Position numbers and translations under genes: made by a program. From a bacterium (GTDB taxonomy: Bacteria > SAR324 > XYD2-FULL-50-16 > G965216635): DNA of 64,000 nucleotides. The stretch lies in the NCBI GenBank assembly GCA_965216635.1, contig OZ244188.1, positions 1,824,001 through 1,888,000 of the forward strand, read 5' to 3'. A model generated the notes under the pieces. That model was not told the DNA's origin and made no database searches. It was given only the letters and a program-made list of their open reading frames with translations. Shown here one piece after another: positions 32,201 through 41,142 of this stretch. Each line of letters begins with the position of its first letter. Position 1 is the first letter of the stretch.

Positions 32201-35200
32201 ACTAGCTATAAGACTTAAATAATCGGCTTGAATATTTCCATAATTATAAAAATAAACATCTATGGTAGCATCAAAATCATTCGCATTAATATTGGATTCA
32301 TTAAAAAAATTAAAAGCTATTAAGTTTAAACTACTAGCATCAATATTTCCTAAATTAAAAAAATTATAATTGCTTGTAATATCTAAAATATCGGCACTAA
32401 TATCAGAAAATCTATTAGTGAAATTATCAGCTGTAATTTTAATATTACTAGCACGGATACTCCCATCTCCAGAATTAGTAAAACTATCTCTTAGTAAAAT
32501 ATCTAATAAGTTACTGTTGATATTTCCTAAATTCAAAAAATTATTAGCAATGGAAGTATTATTATTGCTACTAGTTAGTAAAAAACTACTAGCATCAATA
32601 TTTCCAATGCTGTGATTGTTAAAATCAGCAAATACTTTAACATTGAAGTTATCTGCGTAAATATCCCCTGAATTATCAACTAGATAGGTATCTAGGTTGA
32701 AATTTTTAACTTTAATATTTGCTTGTTCATTATTGTTCATAAAGGCATATACAGTGCTATCAAAAAAATTAGAATAAATATCACCATAGTTGTTGAAATA
32801 ATTCGTTATAACTATTAACTCTTCTGAGTGAATATCACCATAGTTGTCAAAATTTCCACCATTGATATTAAAACCACGAATAATTAGGTATGAATAATTA
32901 GAATGAATACTTGCACTGGCATCATTGTAAAAATCATTTGCAAATAAATTTAAAATATTTGCGGAAATCTTACCTTTATTCTCGAAGCTATCTTCTACTG
33001 TAAAACCTACATAGTCGCTTCTAATATCTCCATAATTTTCAAAATCATGATTTGTTCTTAAAATAAAATTATTAGCGTCTATATTTTTATAATTATAAAA
33101 ATGATCAGTTATAATGTATAAAAGGTCAGCAGTTGTAGTTTCACTATTTACAAACCGAGCTGTTTCAATATCTAGAGTGCTTGCACTAATACTAGCGTGA
33201 TTTTCTAGCCATTTTGCATTAATGAGTAAATTACTAGCAGTAATCGTTGCCCTGTCTTTATTGTAAAATCTTTCGTAGACTAAAATATTTAAATTGTTAG
33301 CAGTAATATCACCAGTATTATCAAGATAATCTGCTCTAATATCTAGGGTAGATGCCTGAATATTCCCGTAGTTATAGTTTTTGCTTGTTATAATATTGAG
33401 TTGATTTCCAGTAATATTTCCATCCGAGTTATTGGCGAAAGTATTGATTACTGCTAAAGCTGCGATGTCAGCATTAATGTCTCCATCATTACTAAAATTA
33501 TTGTGCACTATTAAACTCAACGAATCAGAGCTAATGTTTGCGGTGTTATAATTATAAAAATTGTTTTTTGCTAAGATCCATAAGCTATCAGCAGTAATAT
33601 TCGTATAGTTATGAAAATCATTGGTGGTTGTAATGGATAAATTTTTAAAATTAAATCCTAAAAGATTGTTATCATTAGAAAAATTGCTATTATTTAGATA
33701 TAAATTATTAGCTGTGATTTCCCCACTATTATCACTAGCACTGTAATCTGCGTATGTTATAATAGTTAGATTATTAGCTCTTAACTTTGCAAAATTATCA
33801 AAATGTTGTGTTGCAATAAATAAGCTATCAGCTGTGATATTAGTATAATTATAAAAATCACCACTTACTGTTAAAGCCAGATCATTAAAGTTAACTCCGT
33901 TAAGGGTATTGCTACTACTGGTGAAATTTTTGTCTATAGTTAGATAGAGGAGGGAAGTATTAATGGTTGCATCATGTTTGTTGTTAAAACTATTTGTCGT
34001 AATACCTAAAAAATTGGAATAAATACTGCCTGATGAATTGTCAAAGCTATTTCTTGCGTGAATGTTTAGAAACTCACCTCTTATATTGCCTTCATTCAAA
34101 ACATTTTCACTAGTTATATTTAAACTACTAGTAGTGATGTTCTTATAATTAGAAAAATCATTGTTGGTTGTAATATTTAAACTGCGAGAATTAATATCTC
34201 CAGAATTTTCAAAATTGTTCGCTAAAATTGTTGTATTGCCGAAAACATTAATATTTCCTGTAAAAATTGCATTAGAATGGGTTAAAATACTAAAATTCCC
34301 ATCTGTGCTCGCTGTAAAGTCCCCATAAGCTAGAAGAGAATTTAAAGCAATGTCGCCAGCTTCTATGTTGATACTACCACCAGCTTGCAAATAAGAATTT
34401 GCTGTTGTAGTAATTCCAGCTTGGCTTTTTAAGGTTATATTTTGAGTGCTAATAATTTCATTCAGCACCATTTTTCCAGCAGAATCTATTTCTACTCCAC
34501 TTAAAGAAGCAACCACTCTACCTTGGCTATTAACTCCCAGTCCTTTTTCTGTTCCTATAACGATAATAGAGCCAGCTTGCATGTTGGCTAAAGCAGAAAT
34601 ATCTACCGCAAATTCTCCATTTTGTGCTACTCCTGTAGTAGAGTTGAGGGTGAAATTATTAGAATCGTAAGTATTGTTACCACTTAAAATGCGGATCTTT
34701 TCTTTAGCTGTGATTTGGGCTTGGATGCTGTGATACCTAGAAACTAGGTTTAGATAATCTACTTCAGAGCCATTAAAACCATCACCGCTAATGGTGATCT
34801 TGTTGTCGTTGTTAATATTGAAAGTAGGATTTCCAGAGGAGATGCTATCATCGTTTACTGTGCCTGTAATTAAACTTACCTGACTAGCATTGATAAACCC
34901 ACAACCAGAACAGCTAATTCCATTAGGATTAGCTATAATTACACCAGCGTTACTACCAAAAACCTCCCCAAAGCCTTCCAAAGAACTACTATTGCTACTA
35001 GTGACTTGGTTTAAGATAAGACGAGCAGAATCCCCTATGGTATAATTGGAATTACCCAAAATAATACCAGCCAACCTAGATCTGCCTTCAGAAGTGCTAT
35101 TATTAAAAACAACACCTTCACTTGAAATATTAAAATCAGTATAGGTATTCTTAGAAATTCCATTAGGATTTGGTTTAGCTATATTAATAACATTTATCCC

Positions 35201-35317
35201 ATTACGAGCTTGGAAGACAGAAGCGTTGTCTGTTCTGTTATCTGTATTTATCTGAGCCAAAGAAATGTTTATACTCAAAAAAAACAACAATAATGGAAAT
35301 ATTCTTTTCATAATCAT
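26249..35317 (-). CDS. TpsA/CdiA-like filamentous haemagglutinin exoprotein (3022 aa) with two TPS domains
   Basis: Signal peptide; NPNGISCSGCGF and an internal NPNGITCSGCGF; FHA repeats; YP-like region (GSDHF, LTEDQIDLLTKDIVWFV, LVPRLY); short FHA-2. Confidence 0.93.
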   Translation of the reverse strand: MIMKRIFPLLLFFLSINISLAQINTDNRTDNASVFQARNGINVINIAKPNPNGISKNTYTDFNISSEGVVFNNSTSEGRSRLAGIILGNSNYTIGDSARLILNQVTSSNSSSLEGFGEVFGSNAGVIIANPNGISCSGCGFINASQVSLITGTVNDDSISSGNPTFNINNDNKITISGDGFNGSEVDYLNLVSRYHSIQAQITAKEKIRILSGNNTYDSNNFTLNSTTGVAQNGEFAVDISALANMQAGSIIVIGTEKGLGVNSQGRVVASLSGVEIDSAGKMVLNEIISTQNITLKSQAGITTTANSYLQAGGSINIEAGDIALNSLLAYGDFTASTDGNFSILTHSNAIFTGNINVFGNTTILANNFENSGDINSRSLNITTNNDFSNYKNITTSSLNITSENVLNEGNIRGEFLNIHARNSFDNSSGSIYSNFLGITTNSFNNKHDATINTSLLYLTIDKNFTSSSNTLNGVNFNDLALTVSGDFYNYTNITADSLFIATQHFDNFAKLRANNLTIITYADYSASDNSGEITANNLYLNNSNFSNDNNLLGFNFKNLSITTTNDFHNYTNITADSLWILAKNNFYNYNTANISSDSLSLIVHNNFSNDGDINADIAALAVINTFANNSDGNITGNQLNIITSKNYNYGNIQASTLDIRADYLDNTGDITANNLNILVYERFYNKDRATITASNLLINAKWLENHASISASTLDIETARFVNSETTTADLLYIITDHFYNYKNIDANNFILRTNHDFENYGDIRSDYVGFTVEDSFENKGKISANILNLFANDFYNDASASIHSNYSYLIIRGFNINGGNFDNYGDIHSEELIVITNYFNNYGDIYSNFFDSTVYAFMNNNEQANIKVKNFNLDTYLVDNSGDIYADNFNVKVFADFNNHSIGNIDASSFLLTSSNNNTSIANNFLNLGNINSNLLDILLRDSFTNSGDGSIRASNIKITADNFTNRFSDISADILDITSNYNFFNLGNIDASSLNLIAFNFFNESNINANDFDATIDVYFYNYGNIQADYLSLIASSDHNYGSIIANTLDVFATNFYNYTTGDIKANSLNITTNNDLITSGDIQASDLTLIITNDFYNNGNIIIDSSTSSYANIVDTGTIDTGIAFNQTIPYISTPTISLTPTSTLDIATIPEIYIPTPVIPINNFTAINFSTIATQDLSYSYNPNLDSSFTIQPLSENNTYKLETRADFYEFSEIITDGFTNTSIQQYDIRLINVINIAKPDANGLSNNTYESFHIPIHGIVFNNSDVLKLSILAGAIYANPNYVTDDSAKIILNQITSNNQTYLEGTGEILGESAALIIANPNGITCSGCGFLNTDRVDLITGTSNFNLSQELVDFNIGDSGTIIIGDNYILNTGDNYIPNGEEIIKRSGLDGVYVDNLNLASRYYDIQTSIRTKELNIFSGNYKYNYANTNIDSTNAAVSGEFAINISPIASLYANSITLTSTEIGLGTYSAGSFISSSGDITINSVGKLHLTDITSSQDIHITSQAGLTTSSNSDFKAGKNINIDAAGISLYSILAYGKLTASTDGDFQNHSNLRAENFAIRASVATLGDITADRNFEIITQANTNLVGSLSIFGDATITTNNYNQSGTLYADKNLNITVHNSASFDASAEFIGNHFIFNGANLYNQGIILGDTLDISVDDIINQNKTSLIGAKIEANNLNLTANNFTNQNNATIKGSTLDITVNNNFLNDNSTIIANQITANLFNFTNQGENSTISAYQQLILTVTNDFENKETATIGANQFTLKATNGFKNKENAIIRGNILDIITKNFVNDANIEANNYSVTADNFTNKGNIFVYRDFNLVIKEYATNEKEIQTGSNLNIVTQNFTNKNLIIAGDIDIQTTGNFLNQTNNNSTSSIYSYGNILFTGGVSTDGSYLKSNDFTNEGGWIEARQDLEIHSKNILNKPFEDVTYDTFPRYQDRGYWVFEEAIHSQLEKNRGRIYSGRNMKLVAEKDISNNYSYIHTNNLTIDGSSFNNPSYKIQKSSEIHTHSHYRDVCGFIKEFSWKGVKFRWRCEREFYEYTYSQDKAENIGEIISIVDGGGNISGSLTDLFSNGTLQEGKTPNEQNDAGNGNDVAEVENNFSNQTVAINALFLSSNPLFSFNLSSDGNNYTIEKRSIFTRLEEFFGSDHFCNQTGVCPVETSETSFADAELQTTIFNEQLTQLGLSAYAEDGNLSYADMFDAFSGNSADVMKDLNLEFGKPLTEDQIDLLTKDIVWFVPFQIDGKDVLDKDGKKILVPRLYISKLTREKIDADGSVFSARRISVVVRGDTTKPIDEKEKNQFSQDIIDRMLSVGSNANNSLELTKAEDDLYENLTDEQKDELEALIKEKKDTAEAAFEQAREDKIKELKAEIKKYEDESVYENAAEIQANLQAIIVSLSEDNLVYDEVDFIALVRKIYLITLRSRGEFVNSGTFRASDGFTVYAGDINNYSHLQAGTGGFSLVGIRDVNIESLAYSESGGGQTFGGVYTTASIESEGVGFVYAGQNYNQIGANVTTNGQDYTVYAENNIVVDGLAVRNRRESKSAYYEVEENTTTYLHSSINLGSGNFKAKAGGNAFVRSHNDFFSGSIIAKGGKALLLNPRTNEYSRKVTHHDPAYGPLGFLNSSNEFLDFFFGTGDGDRVEVNQWNDTSEGYTTNANNIYIEGNQGIVIGADIKTNILKYHSKNGLLELLTIAEYNTNYATEFNKGLLYQKDKRKGNARLDQRALRLSLGKIDENSSAQGTVINYGKEEKINCKTKYKRTTDSSFKHPNYSLEYLFGGWERVQECSSESKENAQNRIRKNEYVGQFEEAASNSNSPVYFNSVPEFNLNLDYNHSRVTPEAQQAAVLAITFYCPACAPFATAMVYGGSNVINSITRKGSDLGGFKIDDFSTAIAEGTLEGVVNTAEDPNFWIASAEGYIQAELLKPIIEYSEVKIEKPATDTILGGFAVALFKDNVEKWDRRFEEPKLEVPNVSELYEYLSSESLSTESAPNNVFNVEDYLRSIGILPPENP

Positions 35318-35352
35318 AGTTGGGTTGTTACTATTAAAAAAAGTAGCTTTAA

Positions 35353-35598
35353 TTTTTTAGTAAATAAAAAACTTTGTCAAGTAAAAAATATCAATTTTAA
35401 TAAAATAAACCTTTAGCGAGTAGATAAAACATAGCTTTAAGCAGAAAAGTTTTTTTCAAATAAATTTATTGGATTAAGTAAAAATTATTAATTTTAGCAA
35501 AAACCCCTGTTTTTTAGTAAATAAAAACCTTTGTCAAGTAAAAAATATCAATTTTAATAAAATAAACCTTTAGCGAGTAGGGAAAACATAGGTTTAAG
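35353..35598 (-). repeat. ~88-bp direct repeat (157-bp period) upstream of tpsA, each copy with TTGACA on the minus strand
   Basis: 35353-35440 versus 35510-35598. Confidence 0.75.
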
Positions 35599-35606
35599 TC
35601 TCTAAA

Positions 35607-37385
35607 TTAAAATCCAAAATCCCAAAGTAAAGATGCAGACATTCTTTTTACAATAGGTTCTTTTGTAGTAAAAGGAGTTGTGCTATCATTAGGTATTTCA
35701 TAAGAATATGAAAAGTTAATCCATTTGTAAGAGAAATTGAGTGACGTCCCTCCGCCTGATAAACAACGATAATTTCTTGCTCCTGCACTAGATTCTACAC
35801 AGCCATAATCATAGAATAAAGAAAATTTTAAGGCTTTGGCAAAAGAACCTAAAAAAGATAGCTTTTGAAAAGGATGGGTGGAGATAGTATGCTGTTGATA
35901 CCAACCTATATCGTCAGAATAACTGTTGCTAGCATATCCCCTTACGCTACCGCTTCCTCCGATTCCTATAGTGCCATAAATTTCTTTATCCGTTGTTTGG
36001 CTGTATATTCTAGTAGTGTAGTTTACAGGAAAATTTTTAATGAAACTAATACTATAAGAAGTATTATTAGACCAAAAGGAATATTGAGCGTGGGGTTCAT
36101 CTTCCTTAATATCTAGGGCATCTTCTCTAGCTCCAAACCAAGTTACTCCTTGTCTGTAGGTAAGGGCGGATTGTAGGCTATTTTTTTTTATTGTAAAATT
36201 TCCTATTAGACTAAGATTAGCTGTAGCCAATTTCCTAGAGGAAACATCCACTAAAGTAGTGTCCACAAAAACACGATTTTTTTGAGTGCCCGCACTGGCT
36301 TTTAAAGCAACTTGGTTTCCTTTTTTTTTAAGAATTATTTTTTCTAAAGAAAGGTTGACATTATCGGAATCCCCTTTAGAAATAAATTCTTGTGCTCTTG
36401 TTACTTGGGGTTGTGAATAAGAGCTGCCAGAATAAGAACTTGAAATAGTATAATAGCCTAGCGGAAAAGAAATATTGGAAGAATAAGAGCGGCTGAATAG
36501 ATTATCTTCAAAACTATCTTTTTGTGACCTGTTATAAGAAAAAGATAAACTCTCATTCATACCCAAAACATCTTCTAAACCAAAGCTTGAATTGTAATTA
36601 TATTTACCATAGACTCCTCCTATTCCTAACTTTTCTATAGAAGAAATTCCCAGACTAATGTATGTATATTTTTCTTTGTTTAGGATAATATCAATATTGC
36701 TAAAACCTCTTTCTTTAGCTGGAATAATCTGCATTCTAGCTTGCGAAAAACGAAGTCTGTTGATTTGTTTTAAACCCTGTTCTATGTCGTAAATATTAAA
36801 AACATCTCCTTCTAAAAAAGGAAAAGCAGTTTTTCTGCGAAATTTATTTTTTCTTTTTTGATTACCTTTTACTTGTATCTTTTGGATTTTGCCTTCTAGT
36901 ATTTCAATAAAAAGCTCTCCTGTTACAAAATTAGATTCTTCTGTCAAAAAAACACGAGCTAAACTATAGCCCCTATCTTGATAAAAAGATCTGATTTTTG
37001 CTAAAAGTTCGTCAATATCTTTTTTGAAAATGCAACGGAAGAGGTATGTAACATAAAGGTTTTCCAATTTTTTTATACTAAAAATACTATTTCCACTCAA
37101 ATGGATTAAAAAAATTTGAAAACACTTACCTTGCTTTTCAGGAGTTGCTTTTAGTTTGATTAGATCAGGGGAGGTTTGAAAAAATTGCTTGAGTTGGTCT
37201 ACAGAACTATCTAGAATCGGAGGCGGCAGTTTAGCTTCTTTTTCTCTTCTTTCTTCTTCTTTTTCAAATAGAATCTCTTCATTCAATTTTCTGGCAGCTT
37301 TTTTTTCTTCTTCTGTAGCTGCTTTAAGAGATGGGAGAGATAGTAAAAAAAGCAAACCAGCCCCAACAATCAAAATAGATTTCAT
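35607..37385 (-). CDS. TpsB/CdiB ShlB-FhaC-HecB family outer-membrane transporter
   Basis: POTRA (CFQI..I.LSGN, Y..RGY..ARV), IGGSGSVRGY motif, C-terminal Phe. Confidence 0.93.
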   Translation of the reverse strand: MKSILIVGAGLLFLLSLPSLKAATEEEKKAARKLNEEILFEKEEERREKEAKLPPPILDSSVDQLKQFFQTSPDLIKLKATPEKQGKCFQIFLIHLSGNSIFSIKKLENLYVTYLFRCIFKKDIDELLAKIRSFYQDRGYSLARVFLTEESNFVTGELFIEILEGKIQKIQVKGNQKRKNKFRRKTAFPFLEGDVFNIYDIEQGLKQINRLRFSQARMQIIPAKERGFSNIDIILNKEKYTYISLGISSIEKLGIGGVYGKYNYNSSFGLEDVLGMNESLSFSYNRSQKDSFEDNLFSRSYSSNISFPLGYYTISSSYSGSSYSQPQVTRAQEFISKGDSDNVNLSLEKIILKKKGNQVALKASAGTQKNRVFVDTTLVDVSSRKLATANLSLIGNFTIKKNSLQSALTYRQGVTWFGAREDALDIKEDEPHAQYSFWSNNTSYSISFIKNFPVNYTTRIYSQTTDKEIYGTIGIGGSGSVRGYASNSYSDDIGWYQQHTISTHPFQKLSFLGSFAKALKFSLFYDYGCVESSAGARNYRCLSGGGTSLNFSYKWINFSYSYEIPNDSTTPFTTKEPIVKRMSASLLWDFGF

Positions 37386-37436
37386 TGTATAATAATTGTT
37401 AAGGTAGACGTTTATGAAAAATAATTTCTTCTAGTC

Positions 37437-38267
37437 TTATTTGGTCGGTAATTTTTTTGCAGGGTTTTTCTGAATCTGTTTTGCTATTCCTTGAGCTTTT
37501 AAATTATCCTCAATAGATAATTCTTCTTCTATTTCTTGAATTTCTTTTTTTGCTTGAGCGGATCCTAAAGCAGAAGCTACATTAAAATAAGCGTGAGCGT
37601 AAATTAAATTCTTTTTTACCCCTTTACCTTCTTTAAAGTATTCTGCTAGTTTAAGGAAAGCAGGTGTAAAGTTTTTTGCTGTTGACTTATGATACCAAGT
37701 ATAAGCTTTTCCATCATTCTTAGAAACATAGTTCCCTTTTTCATAAAAAGCTCCTAATTGAAAAGCTGCTACTGCATTACCCAAATCCGCTGCTATTTTA
37801 TAATTTTGGAAAGCTTTCTTAAAATCTTTTTTGACAAGTGTGCCACCAGAATATAATCCACCCAAAATCAGCAAAGCCTCTTCATCTTTTTTCTTTGCTG
37901 ATTGCTCAATAAGTTGGATTGCTTTTTTATAATCTTTTAATACAAATTCTCCTGCCAAGTAATAGATAGCATATTTTGTTCGTGCTTGGGTATGTTTTTT
38001 TTCAGCAGCTCTTTTGTAATATTCAAACCCCACTCTTCTCTGTGGTTTAATACCTCCCAACCCATCACTAAAAATCCTACCTAGATAATAAAAAGCTTCA
38101 GGGTCTTCTTTTTCATTTGCGATTTGTAAAAAAGCTTTTGCTGATTCTTGAATTTTATTATTTTCAAAAAGTTTCTTTGCATCTTTTAGAGAAACCTCTT
38201 GAGCAAAAGACAACGGCATCCATAAAAGAAACACCAACAAACCAATAAGGTTATATTTTTTATTCAT
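37437..38267 (-). CDS. Secreted Sel1-repeat protein
   Basis: Signal peptide; A.F.LG..Y..G..V.K repeats; AHAYFNVASALG. Confidence 0.9.
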   Translation of the reverse strand: MNKKYNLIGLLVFLLWMPLSFAQEVSLKDAKKLFENNKIQESAKAFLQIANEKEDPEAFYYLGRIFSDGLGGIKPQRRVGFEYYKRAAEKKHTQARTKYAIYYLAGEFVLKDYKKAIQLIEQSAKKKDEEALLILGGLYSGGTLVKKDFKKAFQNYKIAADLGNAVAAFQLGAFYEKGNYVSKNDGKAYTWYHKSTAKNFTPAFLKLAEYFKEGKGVKKNLIYAHAYFNVASALGSAQAKKEIQEIEEELSIEDNLKAQGIAKQIQKNPAKKLPTK

Positions 38268-38526
38268 AATTGTTTTTTAATTTAAGTTATTATGAACTAA
38301 GCATTCTAAATATTTTTTATACTCTTGTAAAGGTATTTTTTGAGAAATAATATAAAAAACCAGCAAAATTTTTTTTTTATCAGTAGACTATAGCTTTTAA
38401 AATATTAAAGCAGAATTTATTTCCTCTCCGAGTCCGAGCCGCAAGGCTCGGGTGACAGTAGCCAATAATCCTCAAAAATGGCTGTAAATTTCAATTTTAA
38501 ATTCTGTCACTTTTAAAATAATAAGA

Positions 38527-39208
38527 TTAGGTCACCCAAAATTTAGATTTTGCTATACTCATTAAAATTCATTTAGAATTATAAATAAAAAATGAAAATA
38601 GGTATAACTGGTTCTACTGGGACGTTAGGAAAAATTCTTGTAAAGCAATTAGAAAAAGCAAACTACCACTGTTTTAAAGGTGATATTTGCTCTAAAGATG
38701 ATATTGATGCTTGGGTGAAAACGAATAATTTTAGCGAAATAATCCACTTTGCTGCAATGGTTTCAACTAGCAAGGTAGAAAACAATCTAAGTAAAGCTTA
38801 TCAAATTAATACTAGCGGTGTTAAATATTTAATAGAAGTATTGCAATCTTGTAGAAAGCAGCCGTGGTTATTTTATGCAAGCACTTCTCATGTCTATAAA
38901 AGTAAGAATACTCCCATAAACGAACTAGATGCTATTGAACCAGTATCAGAATTAGGAATATAGAAACCAGAGATATGTTACCTATTATTAACCAGCCTAT
39001 CTATAAACGACTATACCGAGATTTGGAAAAAAACAATCCAGTAGCAAGCTGGATTAATAGATCTGGGTTTTACATTGGTTGCCATCCTTATATGAAAGAA
39101 GCAGAAATTGATTTCATTATAGAATCGTTTGAAGATTACTTTTCTTGATGCTATCTTGTTTGATTTCATACTGTTCTTTTAGTTTAGCTTGAGGTTTTTT
39201 TTAAAATT
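38527..39208 (+). pseudogene. Duplicated epimerase 5' half fused to the DegT 3' end (deleted copy of 8564-11503)
   Basis: 38527-38952 matches 8564-8989 and 38953-39208 matches 11248-11503; 2258 bp is missing. Confidence 0.92.
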
Positions 39209-39559
39209 AATAATTCTTTGTTTTTTCTCCTTTGTCTGTCCTGCCTTAAAGTATATCTCTAAAAAAACTATCTTTTGTTTTTCAAGAATAAACGCATAGA
39301 TAAGACGAATACCACTTTTTGCTCCCCGTCCTTTCAGACTCTTGCATTGAAATTTTGTAACCTTAAAAAATTGCAATTTTTCAGTATTGCCTACTCCTTG
39401 AATTTTCTCAATGCTGTTATTGTCAATATTGTTGTTGTGAAATAATTCTATGCGGTATTTTTTATTAGTTTTAAAGTCCTCTTTTAATGAAGGCGATTTT
39501 TTGAGCAGAGCTTTGAAGTCGTTCTGGAATTCTTTTGTTTCTTCATACTGAATCATCAT
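39179..39559 (-). CDS. RelE/HigB-like toxin
   Basis: EFQNDFKALLKK...KGRGAKSGIRLIY...IVFLEIYFK; overlaps the end of the Panacea gene. Confidence 0.75.
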   Translation of the reverse strand: MMIQYEETKEFQNDFKALLKKSPSLKEDFKTNKKYRIELFHNNNIDNNSIEKIQGVGNTEKLQFFKVTKFQCKSLKGRGAKSGIRLIYAFILEKQKIVFLEIYFKAGQTKEKKQRIINFKKNLKLN

Positions 39560-40091
39560 CGTATTGTCTCCGAGAAAATTCTTCTGTGCGAGCAAAAACC
39601 GCTTCGTAATCAATAATTTTCATATCCTCTGTGCCTATCCAAGGCACATCTCTATGAGAATCGCTTTCCATTTTACTTGCGGTAACATCTTTAAATCTTT
39701 CTATCTCCATATCTATCAGTTCTTTTTCTCTAGCAGAAAAATCGGTTAAATCGGCTTTTCTTAATGGTAAGTATTTTTTTTGAGAAAATTGAAAAAATTT
39801 TTTCACCACTGGAACTAAATCTTTATCTTCTTCCATTTTTTTAAGAATTTTAGGAAAATCTTTAGGGGTAGGACCATGATGATTTTTAAGATATTTTAAT
39901 CCCATAATTTGTTCTTCGTATATTTCATAAAAATCAAAATCAATAAAATACATCAATTTACAAATAACCGATTCTCCAATATTCGGACGCGCTCCAATAG
40001 ATTCTAAAACATACAAAAGCACCTCTTTAAATTTTTTAATATTTTCTTGAGGCTTGGAATCACGCGCTTCTTGTTTGGTTTGTGTGACCAT
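39543..40091 (-). CDS. Panacea (DUF4065/SocA-like) antitoxin
   Basis: KLMYFIDF, HGPTP and SH.DVPW motifs. Confidence 0.85.
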   Translation of the reverse strand: MVTQTKQEARDSKPQENIKKFKEVLLYVLESIGARPNIGESVICKLMYFIDFDFYEIYEEQIMGLKYLKNHHGPTPKDFPKILKKMEEDKDLVPVVKKFFQFSQKKYLPLRKADLTDFSAREKELIDMEIERFKDVTASKMESDSHRDVPWIGTEDMKIIDYEAVFARTEEFSRRQYDDDSV

Positions 40092-40126
40092 ATTATTGTC
40101 TTTTTAAGAAGTTTTGATATATCACT

Positions 40127-40155
40127 ATATTAGTAAAAAACAAAGAATTTGTCAA
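40127..40155 (-). promoter_or_regulatory. Sigma70-like promoter of the PanAT operon
   Basis: TTGACA-17 bp-TAATAT on the minus strand. Confidence 0.6.
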
Positions 40156-40173
40156 ATAAAAAAATCTATTCTT

Positions 40174-41043
40174 TTACCTGTTTCTTTTTTCAGCAATGAT
40201 TTTGAGTTTTTTTTTGTAGATGGTCTTGGAATGATCTGCTATCATTTTTTTGAAAAAATTTACTATAAATAGGGCTTTCGCTCTATAAAACAAAATATTC
40301 TTTATTCTATAAAACCAATTTACAGAATATAGCAGCTGAACATTTTCATATTTTCCTTTGGGACAGTCGGTAAGATAAAGCATATTGCCACAGTGAAAAT
40401 AACTAAAAAGACTAGGAGGCATTGTAGGGACAGGGTCTGCTGCATTGACTAATCTATAAATGGGAGTTTTGATGTCCGCTATCCAGTTTTTATTTCCCAC
40501 CTTAGGAGAGCCAAAAGTATAACAAGCAGAAATTCCAGCCTTATGAGATAATCTTTTGACTGCCACAGAGGCTAAGGCTCCGCCTAGACTATGTCCAGTA
40601 ATAAAAAGCGGTTTTTCATTAAAAAGCTTACTATCTAAAGTGTTTTGAATATCGGGTGCGACTTGTTCAAAGGCTTGGCTAAAACCTGCGTGAACCTTGC
40701 CTTTTGTTTTGCAAGGAGTTAAATTGGCTTTTAGGTCTGTTTTTATATCTTTGATGCTGTCTGTTTCTGTTCCTCTAAAAGCTAAAACAAGAAAATCTTT
40801 GTTAGAAACTAAAACCGCCTGTGTGTCTTTTTTATCATAAATTTTTTCTAGTTTCGTTCTTAAAAATTTTATATTTTGCTTTAAGTTTTCTTTTTTTTGA
40901 AAATCCATATACGCCAATTCCGATAAAGACGCCATAAGCCAAGCGGTTCTATCACTGTAGGCTTTTCTATAGGTTGGTGATTTTTTGTCAAGCTCCTGAA
41001 TTTCATCTGCTTCTTTTTTTGAACTTGCAAATATATTAGACAT
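40174..41043 (-). CDS. Lipase class 3 family protein (copy 2)
   Basis: Near-identical to 11479-12375. Confidence 0.9.
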   Translation of the reverse strand: MSNIFASSKKEADEIQELDKKSPTYRKAYSDRTAWLMASLSELAYMDFQKKENLKQNIKFLRTKLEKIYDKKDTQAVLVSNKDFLVLAFRGTETDSIKDIKTDLKANLTPCKTKGKVHAGFSQAFEQVAPDIQNTLDSKLFNEKPLFITGHSLGGALASVAVKRLSHKAGISACYTFGSPKVGNKNWIADIKTPIYRLVNAADPVPTMPPSLFSYFHCGNMLYLTDCPKGKYENVQLLYSVNWFYRIKNILFYRAKALFIVNFFKKMIADHSKTIYKKKLKIIAEKRNR

Positions 41044-41142
41044 TTTTTTATTCTTTAAAAAGATTGTAGCTTTTTGTTTGAGTTAGTTTATTATAAATTA
41101 TTCTACAATTAGTTCAATAATTAAAAAAAAAATTTCTTAACT

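Noticed and set aside
38410..38460. tRNA or att-site remnant
   Set aside because: No cloverleaf, T-loop (GTTCRA) or CCA end; kept only as an unexplained hairpin.
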